From positions 1-32,000 of the forward strand of contig NZ_JBIIBA010000014.1 in NCBI RefSeq assembly GCF_044239665.1: a stretch of DNA of 32,000 bases. Reading direction: 5' to 3'. The notes under the pieces were generated by a model. It was not told the DNA's origin. It made no database searches and worked only from the letters and a program-made list of their open reading frames with translations. The position numbers were made by a program, and so were the translations under genes. Source of the DNA: Sphingorhabdus sp. Lineage in GTDB: Bacteria; Pseudomonadota; Alphaproteobacteria; Sphingomonadales; Sphingomonadaceae. Position 1 is the stretch's first letter; each line of letters begins with the position of its first letter. Of this stretch, positions 1 to 7,093 are shown one piece after another.

Positions 1-147
1 GAGCGCGGTGTACGTTTTGGTCGCAAGCCAACGACAGAAGCGCAGATAGCAAAAATTCAATGGATGAAGCGAAATGGCTCATCAATCCGCGCTATCTGTA
101 AAGAGGTGAAAGTCAGTCCGAATACGGTTTATGCGATGTTGCAATGA
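1..147 (+). CDS. Serine recombinase (resolvase/invertase family), C-terminal HTH fragment; 5' end lies outside the window
   Basis: Frame 1 reads ERGVRFGRKPTTEAQIAKIQWMKRNGSSIRAICKEVKVSPNTVYAMLQ*. The GRKP linker followed by a short helix-turn-helix tail is the typical C-terminus of Tn3/Hin-type resolvases. Confidence 0.6.
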   Translation, partial: ERGVRFGRKPTTEAQIAKIQWMKRNGSSIRAICKEVKVSPNTVYAMLQ

Positions 148-315
148 AACGGGATTCTGGATGGATATGTCTCAGACTATTTTCTGAGAATCATTCAGAT
201 TTAATCAGTCTCCTTGATTATGAGTTCTACGAACTCATGCGATTTCGGGTTTCTTCGTAACCCTCATCGCTTTGTTTTTTTATATTTGTTGGTTGGTACA
301 TTTCGTTAGATTGCT

Positions 316-349
316 GCCACAGTGAGGCTTACGCTTCACTGTGGCTTTT
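316..349 (+). terminator. Rho-independent terminator-like hairpin downstream of the recombinase gene
   Basis: gccacagtga (316-325) pairs with tcactgtggc (336-345) and is followed by ttttgcacttttcg. Confidence 0.5.
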
Positions 350-726
350 GCACTTTTCGTTGAGTCGTTTAAGCCAATGATTGCACACAACCACGCAGTT
401 CAAATGAACTGAATGGGAGATAGGGTTACGCTGTTACCTTTATGTGTGGTGAGTTGTTCGCAACGCAGCGTCTTGGGAACCAATCATTTACCCCTAAGAC
501 ACATACAAGTTACCGCTTTCGCAGTCTCATCTTTCTTGATCCATCGCATAATATTTTTACAAGCCAGTTGCGACTTTGCTTGTTGTATTGCGTGTCTGTG
601 GTCACGCTTACTGGGCTGCAAGTTCTGTTGGCGACAGCTAGGCTGGCAAACTCAATGCGACGATAATGCCCTATGATAGAACATAGAAACGTGAATAGGT
701 TACAGACACGTTCTTTCTGCTCCACA

Positions 727-777
727 GATAAATACTAGTCAGATTGCGCTTACATTCTGACGATATGAGTATTTATC
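727..777. promoter_or_regulatory. Inverted repeat GATAAATACT-N31-AGTATTTATC bracketing the region just upstream of gene A1 (putative operator)
   Basis: 10-bp arms at 727-736 and 768-777. An inner gtcaga/tctgac inverted repeat is also present. The same half-site recurs at 7709-7718, 7744-7753 and 4967-4976. Confidence 0.45.
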
Positions 778-794
778 ACGGAGTAAGGAAAACT

Positions 795-1100
795 ATGAAA
801 AAAGACACGATTTTAGAAGTTTTTGGGTATCTTAAATCTAAGCAGATTGTTTCTGGCGAGAGCGAATTTTCTGAGCATTGGCTTGGTTGTTCAGAAGGCT
901 ACATGCGTAAATTACGACATAAGAAAACAGAACCAAGTTTGGGCACAATCGCAATATGTGCGAGTAGATTACAGAACGCTGCTGAGCAGTTGAGAACATT
1001 GCCGCGCTATCAGCCATTGGCAAAACAGCTTACATCAATGAGTATCAAATGTCGTTCGTTGGTTGATGCAGACAGCGTCGAGTTTGATCTGAGTAATTAA
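795..1100 (+). CDS. Island backbone protein A1 (101 aa), putative XRE/Cro-like HTH regulator
   Basis: ATG at 795 is preceded by aaggaaa. The segment FSEHWLGCSEGYMRKLRHKKTEPSLGTIAICASRL fits the XRE-type HTH pattern (LGxSxxYxxxxxxGxxxPSLxxxxxxAxxL). The paralog at 7771-8076 is 82% identical (18/101 differences by hand count). Confidence 0.55.
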   Translation: MKKDTILEVFGYLKSKQIVSGESEFSEHWLGCSEGYMRKLRHKKTEPSLGTIAICASRLQNAAEQLRTLPRYQPLAKQLTSMSIKCRSLVDADSVEFDLSN

Positions 1101-1159
1101 AACCAACTTGGAAAAAGGTTCCTTTTGCTGCACGGTTTGGATCTGTCACATCAAGACGG

Positions 1160-1795
1160 TTGGGTTTCTCATTGCACAAGTCAGACGAAGCACGGTTGGC
1201 AAAGCTTCACGATTTATTGGATCGATTGAGGCGTGGCGAAATCGTGCAAAATCGTCAGCTTCAGACTTGGCTTGGTGAGCAAGGTTATAAGGAATACGAG
1301 GATAGTTGGTCGAACACATTAGATCAGCGCAACTTGCTTAGTAGAAAATCTGGCGCAGTTATCGAGTATGAGGAGCTGCTGAAGAAGGCAATACTGCTCT
1401 ACAATCGCGGTGAAACTGCAAGTCAGCGAGGAGTGCGATCAGCACGACAGCTACACGCAAAAGCACAAACGGCTTTCGAACGGGCACTGCTGTATCTTGA
1501 AGAGCAACTAAGCATCGATCCGTCGTTGCAAATCTGGCTCGACAGACAATGTGATTTCACTGCTAGTAACTACCCCAGTCTTGACCCATTTAGCGTTCCA
1601 CGAGCTATTACTAGTCGCAGCTTAGACAATCAGAGCGGTCCAATTTCAGAAAAGATTGATAGCAAAAGACAGTGCAAAATTCGTGCGGTGGAAGCGGTGA
1701 TTGAGCAAATTAAGTGTCCAGAAGAGCGTCTAACAAATGAAGACATAGCTGCGAAACTTCGAGCACTAACGGCAACGATGGGGAAAAGGGCGTGA
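1160..1795 (+). CDS. Hypothetical protein B (211 aa), predicted mostly helical, no recognisable domain
   Basis: Long open frame in roughly 45% GC DNA. The only possible start is TTG at 1160, since there is no in-frame ATG or GTG upstream and the in-frame stop is at 1094. Its stop overlaps the start of the next ORF. Confidence 0.5.
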   Translation: MGFSLHKSDEARLAKLHDLLDRLRRGEIVQNRQLQTWLGEQGYKEYEDSWSNTLDQRNLLSRKSGAVIEYEELLKKAILLYNRGETASQRGVRSARQLHAKAQTAFERALLYLEEQLSIDPSLQIWLDRQCDFTASNYPSLDPFSVPRAITSRSLDNQSGPISEKIDSKRQCKIRAVEAVIEQIKCPEERLTNEDIAAKLRALTATMGKRA

Positions 1796-2274
1796 CTAAA
1801 GAACGGGAAAAACTAGGAAATGATCTTGCAATAGCTATCGCTCAATCGTCTGGGATTGGTGACAATCTCTTATGCATAGCTGAACATGTCGTCACTGAAA
1901 TCGAGTATCGGCATGGTATCGATGACGATCTAGGAAACGTATATCACGACTTTAAGATAATTTCCGACGGTTTACTCATAAGAACGACAGATGGATACGA
2001 CTACAAAGATGCTGATGCATTTATCCAAAACCGCATAAAAAGCAGAGACGTAAAGGCATCCGCTTGTCTAAAAAATGGAAGAGAACTCCAGATAGAATTT
2101 CTACTTACGTTTCTTTTCGGCGCCCATCTCGTCGATGAAGTCGAGATATATGTATGTATCAACAACAGAGACATTAGAGGGAATGATGTTACGTTAAGTG
2201 GGGAAATATACAGCGAGGATGTTTCTGAATCTGACCTGAAAGGCGCGTTATTGTGGCTAACGCTTCAGCGTTGA
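1792..2274 (+). CDS. Hypothetical acidic protein C (160 aa), no recognisable domain
   Basis: GTG start at 1792 overlaps the TGA of ORF B (GTGA) and is preceded by ggggaaaaggg. There is no internal Met. The ORF ends 3 nt before the 693-bp repeat begins. Confidence 0.5.
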   Translation: MTKEREKLGNDLAIAIAQSSGIGDNLLCIAEHVVTEIEYRHGIDDDLGNVYHDFKIISDGLLIRTTDGYDYKDADAFIQNRIKSRDVKASACLKNGRELQIEFLLTFLFGAHLVDEVEIYVCINNRDIRGNDVTLSGEIYSEDVSESDLKGALLWLTLQR

Positions 2275-2276
2275 TT

Positions 2277-2969
2277 GGCTAGATTTCGGTAGGAATATCA
2301 AAGCGAAGGATTCACATTGAGTTCTCGAAAAAGGAGAATGCAATGTCGCTAATATCATCGCTGAAGCTGATCGAGTTTCGACCAGAAACAGCACAAGGGC
2401 GCATCTTCGTGCGTCGTCGCAAACTGGCAGATAAGATCGATCAGCAGATCAAGCTTGCTACAGACCCAGCGTATGCACCAAGCAAGTTTGTTACTGTCAC
2501 TGACGAAAGCGGCAATCAGCATCGTCGTGAAGTAGCAAAGCGCATCAAGCGATGGTGGGTCGTGAACGCTGACGATACAGTTCAACTAACAGTGCGTTAT
2601 GGCAGCAAACCAATTGAGCTTGCGAAGGGCAAGAACGCTATTCAATGCGCTAATGCTTCAGAGGTCAGCACGGTTCTTTCAACGGTAAAGGAAGCTGTTT
2701 TGAACGGCGAACTTGATACTGTTTTGAACAGCGTCACTGGCGTTAGTTCGAAAGCGAAATAATCACGAGAAAGGCACTGGAAAGAGACGATTTGCGTAAG
2801 TATGATGTTTACACATTGTGCATCTACGACACGAGATTTCAATTACATACCTAAGTGATTGATTTAATGGAATAAATCTTAAATCGCATTAGTTACACAA
2901 AAATAAAAATTGGAGCTAACTAATTGATTTATATATGTTTTATAGCAGTGAATCGTTGAGTGGGAGTAG
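2277..2969. repeat. Direct repeat copy 1 (693 bp; partner at 8208-8900)
   Basis: Hand alignment at a constant offset of 5931 bp gives no indels and about 26 mismatches. The last 28 bp (atagcagtgaatcgttgagtgggagtag) are identical. Confidence 0.9.
2343..2762 (+). CDS. Island backbone protein D1 (139 aa), conserved hypothetical
   Basis: ATG is preceded by aaaggaga. It has a near-identical paralog at 8274-8693 (4/139 aa differences). The basic central region KRIKRWW has no motif I can name with confidence. Confidence 0.7.
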   Translation: MSLISSLKLIEFRPETAQGRIFVRRRKLADKIDQQIKLATDPAYAPSKFVTVTDESGNQHRREVAKRIKRWWVVNADDTVQLTVRYGSKPIELAKGKNAIQCANASEVSTVLSTVKEAVLNGELDTVLNSVTGVSSKAK

Positions 2970-3153
2970 AATGCGTTACTAAGTAACTGATATTGTTTGT
3001 TTATTTAGTTACACAAAACATTCACGACGCACAAAAAATCGTTTGTTTCCAGTTCCAGCAAGCTTATTGTTGCACAGCTACTTACACATTCTTGTCACTA
3101 CTCTAAATCGTAGGCGACATTGCTGTTTGGGTGCGCTTGAGGGGAAATAGACA
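2763..3153. other. attP-like hybrid junction: AT-rich arms with repeated TTAGTTACACAAAA / TTACACA motifs around the repeat end at 2969
   Basis: The 14-mer TTAGTTACACAAAA sits at 2889-2902 and 3005-3018. TTACACA also occurs at 2809-2815 and 3082-3088, all in the same orientation. A perfect 13-bp palindrome, gttactaagtaac, lies at 2975-2987. The integrase gene starts at 3154. Confidence 0.45.
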
Positions 3154-4395
3154 ATGTCACATCGAGTTAAGGCTGATGACGGTCGTATCTGGCTGTTTGA
3201 TAAGGTGCTTATTGAGCAGCGAGGTGTTTACTGGCACTTCAGAATGTGGCTTGATGGTGAGAACAAATATGTTCGTGAGAGCTTAAAAACTCGCGATTTA
3301 GAGACAGCAAAAAAACGAGCAGAAGATCGTTACATCGAGCTTCGTTCAGATCAGAAGTCTGGCAAACGCTACTTCTCGATTACAGCAGAAGAAGGGGTGA
3401 ATCTCTATCTCGCTGACAAACAAAAGCTGGTCGAACTCAAGACAATCACAAAGGGGCGTCACGGCACAATATCGACGCATCTTGGTCACTGGCTGGACTA
3501 TATCAAGCGTGACACAAAGCTGAAGGAACTGGAGCGAAACGCTGCTGAAGGCTACTTCGCTTATCGTATCAAAAACGCAAAGCACGGCATCGCACATACA
3601 ACGCTTGCAAACGAGCAAGGCACTATCAACGCAATGATGGCGTATCTTTTTCGTGCAAAACAGAGTGTCGTCGAAGCGTTCGATTTCCCCAAGCTTAGTA
3701 AGTATGAAATCGACAACGAAGCAATTCGACGAGCTACGCTTACTAACGACGAGTATAATGCATTGACCAAAGCAATGCGTTCATATGTCGCTCGTAAGGC
3801 AAACAAGCTCGACGATGATGAACATATGATGCGTGAGTTGGCGAGGCACTATGTTTTGATTGCAGCAAATGCGGGGCTGAGAACGGGTGAGCAGCAGCAA
3901 CTTCGCTGGTGTGATGTGAAGATGAAAAAGCACGAGCTTGGCGCAGCGATGCAGACGAAGCTGCTTGCCGAAATCTATGTGCGCAAAGAGACGAGTAAGG
4001 TTCGTAAGGATCGTAAATTATACTGTCGTGGGGGTACTTACTTCGAACGCTGGAAAGAGCTTTCCAGGCATACGAGCAGCACTGATTTGATATTCAGTCT
4101 CGACGGCAAAACACGCATTTCGAATCGTGCAATTCTCTATCATTTCCATCGTATGGTGAAGCTTGCAGGCATTGTAGATCACGAAGCACGAGGTATCGTT
4201 CCATACAGCTTACGGCACTTTATGATCACGCAAAGGGTGCTGAGTGGTTTATCGTTTCAGCAAGTCGCAGAGATGTGTGGCACGAGCGACACTGAGATCA
4301 GAAAGACATACTATCACTTGATAGATGATCGTCGTTTGGCGAACGCTGTGGCTGACTTTAGGCGTGACAAAGATGGTCGAATAATTCCCATCTAA
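3154..4395 (+). CDS. int: Tyrosine recombinase / phage-type integrase (413 aa)
   Basis: RBS gagggg lies 9 nt upstream. Catalytic-domain landmarks are AGLRTGE (Arg I), YSLRHFMIT (box II Arg) and EIRKTYYH (Tyr region). The long N-terminal domain is typical of arm-binding integrases. Confidence 0.85.
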   Translation: MSHRVKADDGRIWLFDKVLIEQRGVYWHFRMWLDGENKYVRESLKTRDLETAKKRAEDRYIELRSDQKSGKRYFSITAEEGVNLYLADKQKLVELKTITKGRHGTISTHLGHWLDYIKRDTKLKELERNAAEGYFAYRIKNAKHGIAHTTLANEQGTINAMMAYLFRAKQSVVEAFDFPKLSKYEIDNEAIRRATLTNDEYNALTKAMRSYVARKANKLDDDEHMMRELARHYVLIAANAGLRTGEQQQLRWCDVKMKKHELGAAMQTKLLAEIYVRKETSKVRKDRKLYCRGGTYFERWKELSRHTSSTDLIFSLDGKTRISNRAILYHFHRMVKLAGIVDHEARGIVPYSLRHFMITQRVLSGLSFQQVAEMCGTSDTEIRKTYYHLIDDRRLANAVADFRRDKDGRIIPI

Positions 4396-4543
4396 CTTAA
4401 AACATTTAAGTTAGCTCCGCTCGAAGCTACGAAAGCGTTTCTGGATCAGGTACTTTTGGAGTGGCGGGGCATCTTCAGCAATGATAGCTCCACGCAAATC
4501 ATCACATTAACAGCAGCGCATCATTCGTAAGTTAGGAAGTCTA

Positions 4544-4933
4544 ATGTTCAAAGAAGCTACTTTAATTCTTGCTGCCATTAGTGCGCCTGCGCCTGTCTCG
4601 CCTGAGCTGACGGTCGCTGATGGTTGGCTTTCGTTGCTTGATGCTAACAGCTGGTCTGCAAGCTGGAATGATACTGGAAAACTGTTTCGTTCGCAGCTGA
4701 CGCAGGAGCAGTGGGTAAAAACAGTTCAATCAGTTAGGGAGCCTTTAGGCACAGTTGTGTCGCGGGTCGTGAACGGTTCGAGTAAATCGAAATCACTGCC
4801 TGGTGCGCCTGATGGAGAGTATGAGATTTTACAGTATCGTACAGTTTTTTCGAAAAAGGCTGACACGATTGAAACAGTCATTCTTGCTCGTGAAGACGAC
4901 AAATGGAAGATAGTCGGTTACTTCATCCGTTAG
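4544..4933 (+). CDS. DUF4019-like small exported protein (129 aa)
   Basis: RBS aggaag. The N-terminus is hydrophobic (LILAAISAPAP). The C-terminal LPGAPDGEYEILQYRTVF...WKIVGYFI matches my memory of the DUF4019 family pattern. Confidence 0.5.
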   Translation: MFKEATLILAAISAPAPVSPELTVADGWLSLLDANSWSASWNDTGKLFRSQLTQEQWVKTVQSVREPLGTVVSRVVNGSSKSKSLPGAPDGEYEILQYRTVFSKKADTIETVILAREDDKWKIVGYFIR

Positions 4934-4997
4934 ATTAGCAATCGAGTAAGCCTGCAGCTCCCGAGTGATAAATACACTTGAAAGCAGGGTGTATGGG

Positions 4998-5426
4998 ATG
5001 AACGCACGAGAAGAATTGAAACGCTGGATTGCTATGGTGATCGAGCTATCATCAGAAGAAGAAAGCAAGACGATCAAGCAGGACATTGACCTGTTTCTGT
5101 CAGTCGCAGGGGAGTTGTCAGGGAAATTGGCTGATAGAAACACTGCGCTTGCGAAACAGTGTCGCTCAAGCAGCAAATCAAAGCCACCGAAGCCTGCTCC
5201 TCAGAAAGCCCAGAAGCAACCTAAGCCAGAGCCAAGCACTGCTGATACCCCACAATCCCAAAACGATTCAGAGGACCGTTCACAGGAGCGATCAGGACAA
5301 TCGTCGCAGAAACAACAAGCACCGACATCTCCCACTCATCAGCAACGAGCATTGCGTGGGTATGTCTATGGGGCACAAAATGATGAGGTTGCATTTCGCA
5401 AAGCTGCGCAGGCTATAACACGATGA
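4998..5426 (+). CDS. Hypothetical protein with a helical N-terminus and a long Pro/Gln/Ser/Lys-rich low-complexity linker (142 aa from ATG 4998)
   Basis: The open frame spans 4965-5426. ATG at 4998 follows agggtg. The stop overlaps the next start (ATGA at 5423-5426). A GATAAATACA half-site lies at 4967-4976. Confidence 0.5.
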   Translation: MNAREELKRWIAMVIELSSEEESKTIKQDIDLFLSVAGELSGKLADRNTALAKQCRSSSKSKPPKPAPQKAQKQPKPEPSTADTPQSQNDSEDRSQERSGQSSQKQQAPTSPTHQQRALRGYVYGAQNDEVAFRKAAQAITR

Positions 5427-5767
5427 ACGACAGGCTTATCCAAAGCCAGAAGCGGCTGCACGACAGTCTGTTTGAACTTTACATTGATGGTGGGTTGGAA
5501 CTGTTTCAGGCTGGCACTCGTGGCTTAAAGCGTGAGTTAATTATAAGGCTTGAGACAAGCGCACTCACACCAGAGAAGGGTGAAATAATTCACTACTATG
5601 CAATCAATCGTTGGGATGAAAACGATGAGTTTGACGAGTGGGCAAAGCCGTCAATGGCTCTGTCAGCGGAAGCTGAGCGCATTTTAGGAGTGACGAATGA
5701 GCAGCTTGCTCATTGTCGTGCAAGTGATTATGCACTCGACGATTTTTTCCGTTTCCTGCAGTTCTGA
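5423..5767 (+). CDS. Truncated, degenerate DnaQ-like (DEDD) exonuclease N-terminal fragment (114 aa)
   Basis: LIIRLETSALTPEKGEIIHYYAI...AERILGVTNEQL...FFRFLQF follows the ExoI-region pattern (vlDxETTGLxPxxxxIIEigav...vHGITxexL...Fxxfl). The first acidic residue is Arg (RLE instead of DxE). The ORF stops before the ExoII and ExoIII motifs. Confidence 0.45.
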   Translation: MNDRLIQSQKRLHDSLFELYIDGGLELFQAGTRGLKRELIIRLETSALTPEKGEIIHYYAINRWDENDEFDEWAKPSMALSAEAERILGVTNEQLAHCRASDYALDDFFRFLQF

Positions 5768-5774
5768 GAAGATT

Positions 5775-6269
5775 GTGATCGTCACTGAGCGCCTCAAGTT
5801 ACGCCTGCCAAAACTCTCCGATTTGGAAGACATTCACGAAATATTCTGTGACGATGAGGTAATGACTTACTGGTCAAATGGAGCTCATCAAAGCATATCT
5901 GAAACAAGAACTTGGCTTACGCCACTTCTTGATTACAATCCTGAAAGCCAATTTGACTTTTTCATTGATTTTCAAGGAAAAATAGTTGGTAAACTTGGTT
6001 TCTGAAAATTACCAGAAGTCGGTTTTATTCTTAATAGATCTTATTGGGGAATAGGTATTGCTTCAGAGGCAATGAGAGGACTAATAAGTTATGTCAGAGA
6101 ATATAATATTTCTGATCATTTATTTGCTGATGTAGACCCACGCAATTTAAGATCCATCAATCTATTGAACAAGTTTGGTTTTGAAAATATTGGTTTTGAA
6201 AGACAGACATTTGAAACTCATATAGGCTGGTGCGATAGCATTTATTACAAGTTAGAGTTAAAAGACTGA
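5775..6269 (+). pseudogene. GNAT (RimJ/RimL-like) N-acetyltransferase interrupted by a single in-frame TGA at 6003-6005
   Basis: ORFs 5697-6005 and 6072-6269 share one frame. Read-through gives ...GKIVGKLGF*KLPEVGFILNRSYWGIGIASEAMRGL..., which includes the GNAT motif A (RxxGxG/A). TERLKLRLPKLSDLEDIHEIFCDDEV is a typical RimJ/L N-terminus. GTG at 5775 is a plausible start. The segment is about 35% GC by eye. Confidence 0.7.
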
Positions 6270-6286
6270 ATTGTTATTTGTGTTGT

Positions 6287-6853
6287 TCAAATCACATTAA
6301 CAGCATTTGCCAATTGCTCATCACTGACCCAGCAATATCCAGCAGTAGTAGCAATGTTAGCGTGACCCATAGCTTGCTGAATTGTCGCCATCCCAATGCC
6401 AGCAGCGTTTAAGCGTGTAGCAAATGTCCTTCTGCCTGAATGACTGCTCGTTTTGATACCAGCGGCTGCGTAGATTGCTTTGAAGCGCAAGCTGAGACTG
6501 ATGTTGCTAAAATGGTTGCCAGTCCGTGTTGAGCGAATGAATGCTTTGCTCTCATCAAGCTGGCTAATCTGAGCGAGATATTGATTTAGGATTTTGCGAA
6601 GTTCGTCTGAGATGAAAACCCTGCGTGAGCGATTGCCTTTCGTTTGATGTTTGCTGAGATTGATGACTTCTACTGCTCGTCTATCAATCCCGCGAACATC
6701 AGAAATCTTCAAAGCCGCAATCTCTCCAATGCGCATCCCAGCTAAGATACTAAGCGACAAAGCCGTTCTATCTCTGAGACCGTTATTCCCTGTGTCAGCG
6801 ATACGCATCACTCGTTTGATTTCGTCTTTAGTCAGAACCTTTGCTTTTGCCAT
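6287..6853 (-). CDS. Minimal tyrosine recombinase, catalytic domain only (188 aa from MAKAK), FimB/FimE-sized
   Basis: AGMRIGE (Arg I), SSHSGRRTFATRL (HxxR) and GHANIATTAGY (His/Tyr) are present. There is no N-terminal core-binding or arm domain. The start at 6853 is chosen over the ORF-track start at 6931. Confidence 0.8.
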   Translation of the reverse strand: MAKAKVLTKDEIKRVMRIADTGNNGLRDRTALSLSILAGMRIGEIAALKISDVRGIDRRAVEVINLSKHQTKGNRSRRVFISDELRKILNQYLAQISQLDESKAFIRSTRTGNHFSNISLSLRFKAIYAAAGIKTSSHSGRRTFATRLNAAGIGMATIQQAMGHANIATTAGYCWVSDEQLANAVNVI

Positions 6854-7093
6854 TTTGCTTGTCTCACATAAACTTTTCCGATGAGAGATTCTTAAATTAA
6901 TCAGACATTTGATCCTACCGATTTCCTCCATCAGTCGTTTTGTTGTTTCCCAATGACCTATGTCGTTTTCACAAACTTTTGATTCTTTGTTAATGTCTTT
7001 GCATTTTGGGTATTATGAAGACTTGCGCTGAAATCACTCAGCACATTGCCTTGTCCATAAGACGCACGACTTCACCGCAGCATAGCTGTCCTG

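Larger units (their letters stand above)
1..2969. mobile_element. Integrative element 1, right-hand part only (left end off-window)
   Basis: Serine recombinase fragment, then A1-B-C-D1 and an arm-like AT-rich region. It ends at the shared 28-bp sequence. Confidence 0.45.

Noticed and set aside
413-725. Three overlapping ORFs (413-676 +, 442-666 +, 510-725 -) in the 600-bp spacer before gene A1
   Set aside because: They overlap one another in different frames and on both strands, and none has a convincing RBS. Their composition is Cys/Leu/Arg-rich junk, and none resembles the Rep-like gene that holds the equivalent position in element 2. I treat the spacer as non-coding.
6003-6005. The in-frame TGA in the GNAT gene as programmed recoding (selenocysteine or TGA=Trp code)
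   Set aside because: Many other genes in both the island and the chromosome terminate with TGA at sensible positions, and I see no obvious SECIS-like hairpin immediately downstream. A simple nonsense mutation or sequencing error is more parsimonious.
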